From positions 1 through 64,000 of the forward strand of contig CDMY01000223.1 of the NCBI GenBank assembly GCA_001179505.1: 64,000 nt of DNA, read 5' to 3'. The position numbers and the translations under genes are program-made. The notes beneath the pieces were generated by a model. That model worked only from the letters and a program-made list of their open reading frames with translations, was not told the origin of the DNA and did not search any database. This document shows positions 38,501 through 49,231 of this stretch, piece after piece. The DNA comes from Vitrella brassicaformis CCMP3155 (Eukaryota > Protista > Chromerida). The number at the start of each line of letters is the position of its first letter. The first letter of the stretch is position 1.

Positions 38501-39336
38501 GCCGTCGCTATGTGTGGAACCGCCAGCTGTGGCAGATGGACACGAGCGGAGATGATGCTCGCTTCGATGTCGACATGTGGGATGACGAAGAGCAGATCGA
38601 GCAGCAGTGGTATGAGGAGCGGCAGGCCATCGCCGAGAGCAAAGCCAAGGAGAGGCAGCAGCTGAGGGAGAGGGGGGTGGAGGTAGAGATAGAGAGCGGT
38701 GAGGGTGACGAGTGTGACGACATGGAGGGCTACACGTAGGAGGACATCAACGATCATCTGTGGGGCAAGCCACTGCCATACAACAAGGTCTTCGGCAAAC
38801 CCATCACACCCACGCGCCACCAGGCCCTCCCCAAATTCTTCACTGTTACGGGGTAGGGCGAGAAGAAAAAAGACGCCGTCTGTCTAGCTCTCGGTGTGTC
38901 ATGCATGTGTGTGTGTGTGTAGTGTATTGTCTGTGCAGCATACTTCGCAGCGACCCCATGCACTGGTGCCCACGACACGTCCACATCGAGCCAACAGGAG
39001 ACAAGACGCCCATCATTGTCTGCTTGCTGCCCCTCTTCTCCACTGCAGGACGCTGCCGAAGGATGACTCGCGGGCCAACGCCACACAGACCAAAATCACC
39101 ACATTCTTCCCGCCACCGTAGGGGCCAACCACACACCCAGACAGGCAGCTCACAGAGATCCATCCATCCATGCCTGTCTGTCTGTCTGTCTGTCTGGGTG
39201 CCTCGCCTCGTTCAGCCGTGTGAAGCCGCTTCTGGTGCAGTTATCGCTGACGGCGTTCTTCCCCCTGACGTCGGCGTGCCGCCAGACCATCAACTACGGA
39301 TACAGAGGCACCAAGAGAAAGAGATCCGATCGATGA
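35542..39336 (+). pseudogene. F-box/kelch/PIP-box paralog 2 with in-frame TAG (pseudogene or truncated allele)
   Basis: MAATPQHLYDVMWYSSAFLDLPELLKLET/VCKQIRALL (F-box); kelch blades as in paralogs 1 and 3; MEGYT-TAG-EDINDHL at 38737-38739 where the paralogs read MEGYTEK; downstream QLSLTAFF (39238-39261) and KRKR intact. Confidence 0.72.
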
Positions 39337-39794
39337 GTGAGGCGAAAACAGAGCTAGAGCTACCATTGACGGGAGAGAGGGAGGATGATTGCTGTGTGAT
39401 GTGATGTGATGTGCATGCCCTCCCTGATGCAGATCAGCGCAGCAGTGCGGGTGGGGTGGTCACCATCGCAGCCAGCCAAGGGCTTGTAAATAGTAGCTAT
39501 CCTTGGGTGTTGACGCCAGTGGGTGTGTGCGTGTGATCTGAACGGTTTTGACACAGTTCAGCGTGTGTGTATTTGTTGTCAATGGGTTGCGTGTCTATTG
39601 GTATGCCACACGGCTCACTGATTGGCCAGGTTGAACCGTGGCTGAAACGTCCTCCGCCTACAAGAGCGCGCTCACTGCCAACAGCTGCAGCAGCCAGCAT
39701 CTGTCGGTCACACGCAAGGCGGGGGGACTCTCCCACTCTCTTGAGTTGCGAGCTCAAATGAGATCGTTGCTCAACAAAAAAGCGCTTGGAAGAG

Positions 39795-41955
39795 ATGCTG
39801 CGGCTTGTGTGCATTGCCATATGGGTGGTGCATGCCTATGCCAAGCCGCACGGCCCGTCGGTCATCCCGCCTGAGAATCCAGGTGAGCCCCGTGACTTCA
39901 AAAAAGCACTCTTGAATGGATGGTGATGCGTGCCGCTGTAGATGACCCTGTTTATCTGCATCCGGGGCACTCGAAGTCTGTGCTGGTCATCGGCGGCGGC
40001 CTTGCCGGCCTCTCGGCAGCACTCGAGCTGGCAGAGAGGGGTGTCCGTGTGGTCCTGAAGGAGGTCGATGAATACGTCGGCGGCCGCGTCAAAGCCAGGC
40101 GCACTATCCCGAGGCATCATGGTGATTCAGATGAGCCGGGCTGGTTCAACGGGACGGTGTCGGTCGAGCATGGCTTCCATGCCTGGTTCAAGAACTATTA
40201 TCAGATGAAGGTGAGCGGAGCGCGAAAGCCAGCCGCGTGTCGTGTTTGAATGGATCCATGCTCACTGCAGGACGTCCGTGACAGGTTAGGAGTGTCCCAT
40301 CTCTACCGGCCGTGGCCGGCTGTCCACTATCGATTCAGACACTACAAGCCTGAAGTCATACACAGCGAGGTGCAAACACCAGAGGGCACGACGACGAGCG
40401 TTGTGAGTGCCTGTCATTGTCTTTGTGTGTTTATTGACGAAGGGCCCGTATCCGCTCAATCTGCTCCGCATCGTTCGCGAGAGCCCCAACCTGTCGGTGC
40501 TCGATGCCGTCAGGTCGCTTGGGAGCATCAAGGAGCTGGCATTCTTTGACTACACTACCGTCTTCAACAGGTGGGGACGGCAGATAAAATTGACGAGCCG
40601 CGCACTTGGTGTATGTGTGGATTTGTATGCTGTGCAGGCTTGATAATGTGACATTCGAGCAGTGGGCCAAGTCGGTGTCCATTTTGAAGAGGTTCTACGA
40701 CATCATCTTCGCCCCGTCCCTCAGTGTGACGCTGAACGAGCGCGGGACGCTGTCGGCGGCAGAGATGCTCACATACCAGCAGCTGTACTTCCTCTCTGAC
40801 CCTCATGCAAGCGACCGAGAGGTCAGCCACAATCACGCACAGACATAACCCGACTGCCCATCATTGCAGCTGCTGTGTCGGTCCTCTCTGTCTGCAGGTG
40901 GCCACAGCCGACTACGGGACTGCTCTACTCAATCCTTGGGTTGACCGCCTGCGGTCCCTCGGCGCCCAGGTCATCACCAATGCGTCCGTCGATGCTCTCG
41001 ATGTCACGCTTGACCAACACAGTGGCGAACTGCGCGCAGCTGGAAGCGTCGATGTGGGTGGCGGCCACTATGATGGCGTGGTGATTGCTGCTGACCTGAA
41101 GGCCGTGCAGAGGATACTCAAGCGGACGGTCGAACACACGCAGAAGGATACGGCAGCGAGCCAAGCAAGTGAGACTGACATGAGTGCGCCGCATCACCAG
41201 CCGACAATCACGGAACCAATGTGTGTGCCTTGTCTCCGTGACTCCATTCATTCATTGTTCACTCAGTCCTCTCCCGTCTGTCAGCCCTGAGCGACCGCGT
41301 GAATGCCCTCCCCATCGCCCCCCCATACAAAGTCATCCGCGTGTGGCTCGACCAACCTCTCAATGCCGACCGGCCCGACATCATGGAGACGCCTGACTGG
41401 TCGCCCGTCAACCTCGTGGCGCAGTACCACATGCTGGAGGATGACGCCAGTGAGTGGGCGAAGCGGACCGGCGGGGCTGTGGTGGAGTTCCACTGCTACA
41501 CCTGGACACGGCCAGACACGAGAGATGAGGAGGTGTGGGGGGTCATCCGACCAACGGTCGTCATGATCCTCCCAGAAGTAGAAGAGCGGTCCATCCGCGT
41601 TGTCGGCTACCACGTCGAGAGCCACCACAACTTCCCCTCTTTCAGCAGGGGCACCAACGCCGCCCGACCAAACTTCGATACGCCCCTCCAGCAGGCAAAC
41701 ATCACCAACCTCGCCTTTGCGGGCGACTGGCTGCGGCCCACATACCCATCTGCTCTGATGGAGAGGGCAGTGTCGACCGGTCGTCAGGCGGCCAACCTGT
41801 TGCTGAAGCGATTTGGTGTGCAGCAGGTGCCTTTGGTCGTGCCACCGACGAACGGGCCGGGGCTGCCGTTTGGTGCTGGTGTTGATGGTGGTAACACGAA
41901 AGGGGAGAGGGGAGGTAGGGGTACTGGTGGTGACGAGGCGTTGATTCATGCTTAG
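39795..41955 (+). CDS. FAD-dependent oxidoreductase, CrtU/isorenieratene-synthase-like, with N-terminal signal peptide
   Basis: MLRLVCIAIWVVHAYA leader; VLVIGGGLAGLSAALELAERGVRVVLKE..YVGGR; EHGFHAWFKNYY; LSAAEML; APPYKVIRVWLDQP; ASEWAKRTGGAVVEFHCY; LAFAGDW..YPSALMERAVSTGRQAANLLL..GV. About 7 exons. Resemblance to actinobacterial CrtU is from recalled motifs. Confidence 0.8.
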
Positions 41956-42295
41956 TGGGGGCTGGAGCTCTCGGCGCTCATTTGTGTGTGAATCGATGTG
42001 TAGTGTGAGATTGCTTATGTGTCTGTGTTGTCTCTTCCTTGTCCTCCTTGTACCTATGTATGGATGTGTGTGTGCGTGCATGGATTGTTTTTCCTGCACC
42101 CACCCACTGGGGGAGGACAGCGGCCCAAGGCCGCCTATGTGTGTGTGCGGCCGCCTATGAGTGTGTGCAGTGTGGATAGCTACAGCCGGACATCAACACA
42201 TGTATGTATGTATGTACGTCATCATTCATGTGTAAAGTAAGGAATATGTCTCGTATATGTTTATGGGCTACAGTATGCCGCGGAAACCAGAAACC

Positions 42296-43440
42296 GGGAT
42301 CAATTGTCAGTCGTTTGAATCGTTTACATTTACATGTAGAACCGTGAACCGGAATCAATTGTCTGTCTCAAATGACTGACATTTGATTTCCTGTCGATTG
42401 GACTAGGGTAAGTCAGGTGAAACGGTGTTGCCTGTGTGCGAACGTCCGGCAATCAAGTGCCGCCAAGAAACCACACCTTCTTCATCAACACACCCCGCAC
42501 CTTCCTCTGCATCTCACGCCGTCACCACTTCCCCTATGGTTGGTTGCTGAGGCATGGCGGGGGCACCAGACCGTACCGAGGAGGAGATCCGGTGCGGCTG
42601 GAAGCATGAGTCCATTTCCCTTGAGGCCGCGCTCAAACAGGGTCTGGAGCACTGGCTCACGGTGAGCCTGAGGAAGCCTGCCATGCGCCACTACAACGCC
42701 ACAGCTGTCAACACGGACAAGACCTACCATGCAAACGCCTACGTCGGCAACACTGGACAGGTCAGTCCGCCATGCAGCAGCCGCACATGGGTATGCCAAA
42801 CAGATCGGGTGCGCGTGACGTGTGTGCAGCACGGAGTGACCATCATGGACGGCAAGGGCTTACGGGCACTCCTCCTCCTCAAGAAGGGCAAGCGGGGCTG
42901 GCGCTGGGACGACTCGAGCGTCGCCCGTCACATCTGGCCCCTCATGCAGCGGACCTACGGGCACGCCAAGCCACGCGACGTAAGCCAAGGATGGAACTGC
43001 GCATGTGTCAGCTCATGTATCAGTTTCTGTGCCAGTATGGATACTGCCCCACGTGCGGCGGCCACACACCTGTGCCCAAGCTCGAACCCAAGAGTGCCCA
43101 GACCGGGCAGGAATGAGACCATCTTCCTGCCTTGGGGCGCTGTCACGTAGACAGCACATAGCCGGCGCCCCCTAGAGATAGAAGGATGATGAGCGTTAGC
43201 AGCTGTGGATGGATCTGCCTAGGCGTCCATTGTGGCTTCTTTGCGTTCCGACTTCTAGCTACAGTCAGCAGCTTTTCGGGCGTAGATGTCATCCCGGGGT
43301 CTCACTTCATGTTGTCGATACTGGATGGTTACCCTAGTCCAATTGACAGCTAATCAAATGTCAGTCATTTGATTTTGAGTTAATGACAGGAGGAAGCGGT
43401 TCTCTAAATGTAAACGATTCAAACGACTGGCATTGATCCC
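42296..43440. mobile_element. Candidate non-autonomous DNA transposon with ~115 bp imperfect terminal inverted repeats
   Basis: 42296-42411 is the reverse complement of 43329-43440, with exact blocks 42308-42332/43405-43429 (25 bp), 42368-42388/43352-43372 (21 bp) and 42397-42411/43329-43343 (15 bp). AT-rich against a GC-rich background. No target-site duplication seen. Confidence 0.72.
42554..43116 (+). CDS. Hypothetical ~150 aa protein inside the inverted-repeat element, with C-terminal CxxCxxH
   Basis: Exon 1 MAGAPDRTEEEIRCGWKH...GNTGQ; intron ~42761-42829; exon 2 HGVTIMDGKG...HAKPRD; intron ~42980-43023; exon 3 FLCQYGYCPTCGGHTPVPKLEPKSAQTGQE*. Both introns are phase 0 GT-AG. Confidence 0.68.
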
Positions 43441-43638
43441 TACTTTTCCTGGGATGCAGGGCTGGCCGCGCTCCCCTCCCCCCAGTTGCCTGGCAAGGCG
43501 ATGTGTCCGGATGGGGGCAGGCAATACCGACCTACCCATTCATGTCAGTCGATGTCCGTGTGTTGCGTGGGCTGTTGCATGTGCATGTGGACATATATCG
43601 CATTCATTCATCTCCATCAATGTCTGATTATCGATCAT

Positions 43639-45990
43639 TCAGCATACGTATGCATATGGGGGATATCTCTCTGTACACACATACACGCGCACGCACACGA
43701 CACTCCTGCTGGGGCCTGCATGGATCTCTCCCACTTCACTGGGGCTCTTCGGCAGTGGCTGTGCCGCCTCCACCCTGCACTGCTGACACCGACACACCAG
43801 CAGCGGTGTCGTGTGCGCCCTCATCGACACCCGCCACCCCAACCTCTCCCGTCTGTTGTCTCTCCTGTCCACCCGGCCCCTCCTCCCTGTCTGCCTGCCC
43901 CTGCTCTTCGACCACCGGCGGCAGGCCCGCTCTGTTGTCGTCTTCGTGCTCTATCGTGGCGTAGATGCGCGCGGTGATCTCGAACTGCGACTCCTCGTCT
44001 ATGTCGGTCCACTCGCTGTCCTCAACCATCACCACCCCCACCCCTCCAGCCCCACCGCGAGGCACAGCACCGTCACCCGAAGCGGCCACTGGGGGTGAGT
44101 TCTCGATGGTCATTGAAGGCGCCACCCGTGGCACCGCGTGCACGTGAGCTGTCACCTTGCCCTTCTCCGCCAGTAGGCGGAAGGGCGAAAGGCCGCCGCT
44201 TGCTGCCTTGGTGGGCCGCATGGATCGTCTGCTTGTCTTGGTGGCCTTGTGTATGTGTGTGGCGAGGGGGACGGTTGGGCGAGAGGTTCGCCGCCGCAAC
44301 GGGACGGGCGGCTTAGGGGAGGCGGGCAGGGGGGTGGGGCGGGGGGACGGGTGGGGGTCGAGCCTGGCGAGCAGCGCTTTTCGCTTCCTCTGCAGTGTGG
44401 CGAGAGCGTCGAAGGTCGTCGCTGCCTCATCTGCAGCATACATACACAGGCACAGCATATGGCATGTGTCATCTGCAGTGGCTGCTGCCGTCACCAACCT
44501 GTTTTGGCCGTGCGGTCGATCTCTACGGTCTCGAAGCAGTGCGCCCAGTCGCTCACCGAGAAATGCATCCACTGAGACGTACACACAGCCTGACGAGAAA
44601 CCAAGACACACATGCACACGCCACCTCCGAGACACCACGCAACGAGGGCAAGCCAGTGGACAGCTGAGCTGAGTGACCAGTTTGGCATCTGGGTCTAGTG
44701 AAGGGTCCGCCGCTTTGTGGATGGCCTCGAGCGCAGGGCTGGACCGCTGCTGCAGAGTCCACGCGATGCTGACACAGAAACAACAGAAAGAGGAACGAGG
44801 AACCGGGTGAGTGACAATGCCCGTGTGGTCATCAAGGTGCAGTCAATGCGTACGCGACGAGGGCATCGAGGTCGATTTCCATGCCAGTGGCCTTGAGGCT
44901 CCTCATCGGCATGCCACGACGCACCACATCACACACCTGACATGACATGACAGGCACACGGAGCAGAGGTGATGCACGGCCGTCAGCGTGAAGCGTGTCT
45001 GACGCACCTTGGGTATGACGCCTGCGAGTTTGGGGTTGCCCGACACATCCAGGTGCAGCAGCGGGCCACACGTGCGGGGAATGCGATCCAGCAGACGCTG
45101 ATGACAGACAGGGACATCGACTCGACACACAGATTGGGTCTGAAGATGGTCTATAAACGGGTACCTACCTTGAGAAGCCGCCGAATCAACTCGCTATCAA
45201 CTAAGCCGTTATTGCGCTGCCCATAATCCACACACACACGAATGAGGAAGATGCACAAACAGCGTCTCTGATGTATGGGTGCTTCAGTCCCGTGCTCACC
45301 AGCGACAATCGCGTCAGCCGCGGCAGGCCATTCATCAACACAGGAAGCAACACTGCAACACGCATACGGACCGATACCCCAATCACAGCGCGCCACCTGG
45401 CCACACCCCTCTGCCTTTCTTCGTTGATCAATCACCTTCTAGCCCTCGGTCGTCAAGTGAGCACCCGCCCAGCGCCAGAGCCTGCAACTTGGCGCATCCC
45501 GCATCCATGCGGCCGGGCGATGACATGCTGTCGCCACCCAGTATCTTGGCCAGGGCCTCCACACCGCCCACGGTGCCGCGACCGGACTGGTAACCCAGAT
45601 GGATGCCTGAAGAGCAGAAACAAGGACGCAACTAAACAACATGTGTGGCTGCTTGGTGGAGTCACCTGATAGGTCGAGGCTCAGCAGGCATGGCGGCCGC
45701 TTGCTACGAGGGGAGACCGTCATGTGTGTGCCTAGCGAACTGATGAAGCATCAGGCAACACGTCGCTCGTCGTCATGATACAGGCAGGAAGTTGAGTGAG
45801 AGGCTGACCTGAGGAAGTGGAGAATGGCCGTGCTGTCCTCCACCAGGCTCTTCTTGTTGCGCACCCTCAGCGTGCGGGCGAGCGATGCCTTCTTGGTATC
45901 GCCTGCACCAACAGATGCATGCCAACGTGCATAAGTACCAATATGCGAGTGTGCATTCACCGCATATCTTTTCACCTGGCGAGGACTCAT
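43639..45990 (-). CDS. Leucine-rich-repeat protein with low-complexity C-terminal region; boundaries approximate
   Basis: LLSLDLSG, KLQALALGGCSLDDRGLE, PLLHLDVSGNPKL, MRSLKATGM on successive minus-strand exons (RNI-like LRRs). Confidence 0.62.
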
Positions 45991-46683
45991 GGGAGGCCGT
46001 CAACGAGATCTGCGTCAAGGGAATAGGCTGCACAGACACACACACGCCCATACGCACAAATGTGTGCATGTATTCCTTCCTGAACAGCTATCTTACCAGC
46101 TTCAGAACCTCACACACGGGATCCAAGGCGCGAACCTCCAACAAATCTGTCATCAGTCAGTGAGATGCAAACAATGAATGAATGAATGAATGCAGAACTG
46201 TCGAGCTTAACTTACCGACTTCCAGTTGCAGTTCCTTTTTCTCCAGGCCAGCGACAACCTCAGGCAGCGGCTGCAGCGACAGTACTCCGCAGATGCGAAC
46301 ATACTGCCCGGCGGCTCTCGGCACTCGTCGGCTGCCGGCCACTCGGACGCGGCCTCCGGAGGCCGTCTGCCTCGCCTTGCCGGAATGCTTGGATGAGCCA
46401 GAGACCTTCATCTTCACGTTTCAGCTATTCCACACCTTCATCTTGACGTCAGCTATTCCATGATTGCTACTGGCGCGAGCTTGCAAGCCTTCGCGACCAT
46501 CTGCAACACACGTGCACCGTCACCCACGTGACAGTGCACTCAGCAACGCAGAGCGCGTCAAGATCTCGGCGCCGGCTCGCCGAATCCCTTCCCCCACGCA
46601 CCCCCAAATCGCCCAGCCTCCCCCTCTCCCTCCCTCCATCCCAGTCCCCCTCTCTCGCCTCCTGGCCATCTCAGCCCACCAAG

Positions 46684-48940
46684 ATGCCCTTTGTCGAGGC
46701 CATCTTCGCTGTCGGCGCCGCCTTGGCCACCAAAGCGGCAGTGACGGCCGGTGGGGCCACGGCTGTCACGACGGCAGGCAGCGCTGTCACGGCGGCACCG
46801 GGGCTGGGGCTCATGTGCTTCGAGATGGCCACCATCTTCGTCGCCGGTGTGGTGACCATCCTGTGGCCAAAGGAGGAGACGACAGCCGCCAGTGAGCTCG
46901 CCATTGTCGGCCGCCCCTCTCTCTCGTCACCACAACCGCCCCGCCAGCCGCATCAGGGCCAACAAGGCGCGCATCACGGCCATCTACCCTCTATCAGGGT
47001 GAGAAGGAAGGGAAAGAGACGTCCGATGGGCCAAAATGAAAAGATCTGTATCGCATGGCGTTGAATTCATGATTGATCTCTCTCTTTCTGGTGTGTCTGT
47101 GCCTTCAGAATCTGCTGGTCAGCTCCCCTCCAAGCCAGATCGCCCGGGCGACCTTCGTCGTCATCGTCGTCATCGCCAGCGGCCGTTCCACACTCGGCCA
47201 CGGGCGACTGGTTTGGAGAATCATGCTGTCGGGGGCCGGCAGACTCCTGCTGCTGCTGAAGCAGCGGATGGCAGGGCAGGGGGAGACACGGTCCGTCATC
47301 GACATGACGGATGAGGCCGGACGACAAGCAGCTCGCCAGGTACACAAAGGCGTGATACGGGAGTGAGAAAGACGTGTATACGAGCTGTGTGTTGTGGTGG
47401 ATGGATTGATGGATTGCTGTAGATGCTGGCCCACCTGCATGCCATCCGTGCCGCCTCTGCTGCTACTGCTGCTGCTGCCCAGCCTGCTGAAGCTGCTGGA
47501 GAGCGCCGACGTGCCCTCCCTTCTGGGTACGAGACGATGTCGACGGTAAGCAACCAATGAGACGGATTCAGGCCTTTCAATCGATATCTTCGTGTCTGTG
47601 TGTAGGCTGAGACGTTCGGCGAGCGGAGCCCGGCGGCAGCATGTGCTATCTCCCCCACACCAGTAAGCAACCAACCAAGCAAAGAGAAAAATGCCTCCGT
47701 TGTGCCTCATCTTATTCTCATTGCTTTCCTTTTTATTCAGGCCCTCTGCATGTCCGCCAGTGCCCGCCCAGCCTTCAGCCTGCGCCCCGACGTGCTGCAC
47801 CGCCCCCTGCACCGCTTCTTCGACACCGCGGCACTGCGGGCATCTCTGCCCTCCGTGGTCCAGCCCAACTGGGCGACCACGCCAACAGAGGCCATCTTCG
47901 GCCGTGCGCTGTCGCTGAAGACCGGCAGCTGCGGGCGTGTGGCCCGTTGCAAGGAGCACTCACCGGGTATGGAGGACGTGTTCTTTGCGGACGCGTCCAC
48001 CAGCTCGGTGGCCATGTTCGACGGCGTCGGTGGGTTCTTCATTACCTACGGCGTCTCGTCATGGTTCGTCGCCAAGTCTTTGGCGACGGAGTGCTCCCTG
48101 GAGGCCCAGGCCGTCACCGCCAACGGGAGGGGGGTCTTCTATGGCGGGGAGGGCCTTCCCCGAAACCGGGCGGAGGCCATCATTCTGGGCGGCTGGCAGC
48201 TGGCGTCTCGCTGCGGGCGTGTGGGCGGCACAACGGCAGTTGTGGTGGCGCTGAGTGAGGAGGCGGAAGGGTCCATCTGCGCTAACATCCCCAACTTTGG
48301 CGACTCGGGCGCTATGGTGCTCCGTCGCCCCTCATCTCGGCAAGGGCTTGTGGAGATCCACCGGACGGCCCCTATGGTGGATCCCACCGAGCCCAACCGC
48401 CCCCTGGCCATGCTCCCACTGGCCACCAGCAGCAACGGCACGCCCACCCCCACCCCAACAGCTGACCAGCTGAAGACGCAGCAGACCATCAGCGTCGCCA
48501 GCGTGCCCGTCCGAGACAAGGACTGCATCGTGGTCTTCTCGGACGGGCTGAGCGACAACCTCTCCCCCACCACCATCGCACAAGTGCTGTCTCCCTTCGG
48601 CCCCACCAAGGACGCCAACGCGGCTGCCACGGCGCTGGTCGATGCTGCTGCCCGCGCAGCACACGACCCCAACAGCCGCACTCCCCATGGGGAGAGCAGA
48701 GGGCGGTCCGGAGGCAAGGACGACGATATCAGTGCATGTGTGGGGTGGGTGGTTGTCGATTACCCCTTCCTGCAGCAGAGGGAGAGGGGCGACGAGATGG
48801 GGGGAGATGAGCCGGTGGGTGAGGGGAGTGAGGCTGCAGACAGTGGGGGAGAGAGGGATGGGAATGGTGAGGGTGAGGGTGAGGGTGAGGGTCAGTCGAG
48901 GAGGCAGCGGTGGGCGGACATGTGTGAGGAGGGTGTGTGA
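46684..48940 (+). CDS. PTC7-type PP2C protein phosphatase with long hydrophobic N-terminal extension
   Basis: Catalytic exon 47741-48940: MEDVFF, AMFDGVGG, GGTTAVV, NFGDSG, VFSDGLSDNL, GGKDDDIS. Upstream exons 46684-46999, 47109-47339, 47423-47545, 47607-47662 join in phase 0, but that linkage is less certain than the catalytic domain. Confidence 0.8.
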
Positions 48941-49231
48941 GATTAGGACAGGTGGGCGGATTTCTCGGTGACTGACTGACTAATTGCACTTCGTGTGCGT
49001 CAGTCAGTGTGCATTTGTGGACTGACTGCATTTGTTTGTGTCGTGAGGGTCAGCCAACTCATAATAACCGTTCATTGGATCAATCCCATGTGCACATGAC
49101 ATGCATCACTGCATAAGAGTCAGCCACACAGATGCAGATGGATGAAGCAGCCCCGCCCATCTGTGTGAGTATGCACATGGCCATCCATCCATCCATCCAT
49201 CCACCGACACACAGTCAGTCATCCCCCACCC

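Noticed and set aside
38737-38739. Reassigned genetic code (TAG as sense)
   Set aside because: TAG serves as an ordinary terminator elsewhere in the window (e.g. 55613-55615, 62052-62054), and no other conserved gene shows internal TAG.
47702-47740. Apparent signal peptide MPHLILIAFLFIQ on the PP2C ORF, suggesting plastid PBCP
   Set aside because: This stretch is the pyrimidine-rich 3' end of an intron (GTAAGC at ~47663 to TTCAG at 47740), not coding.
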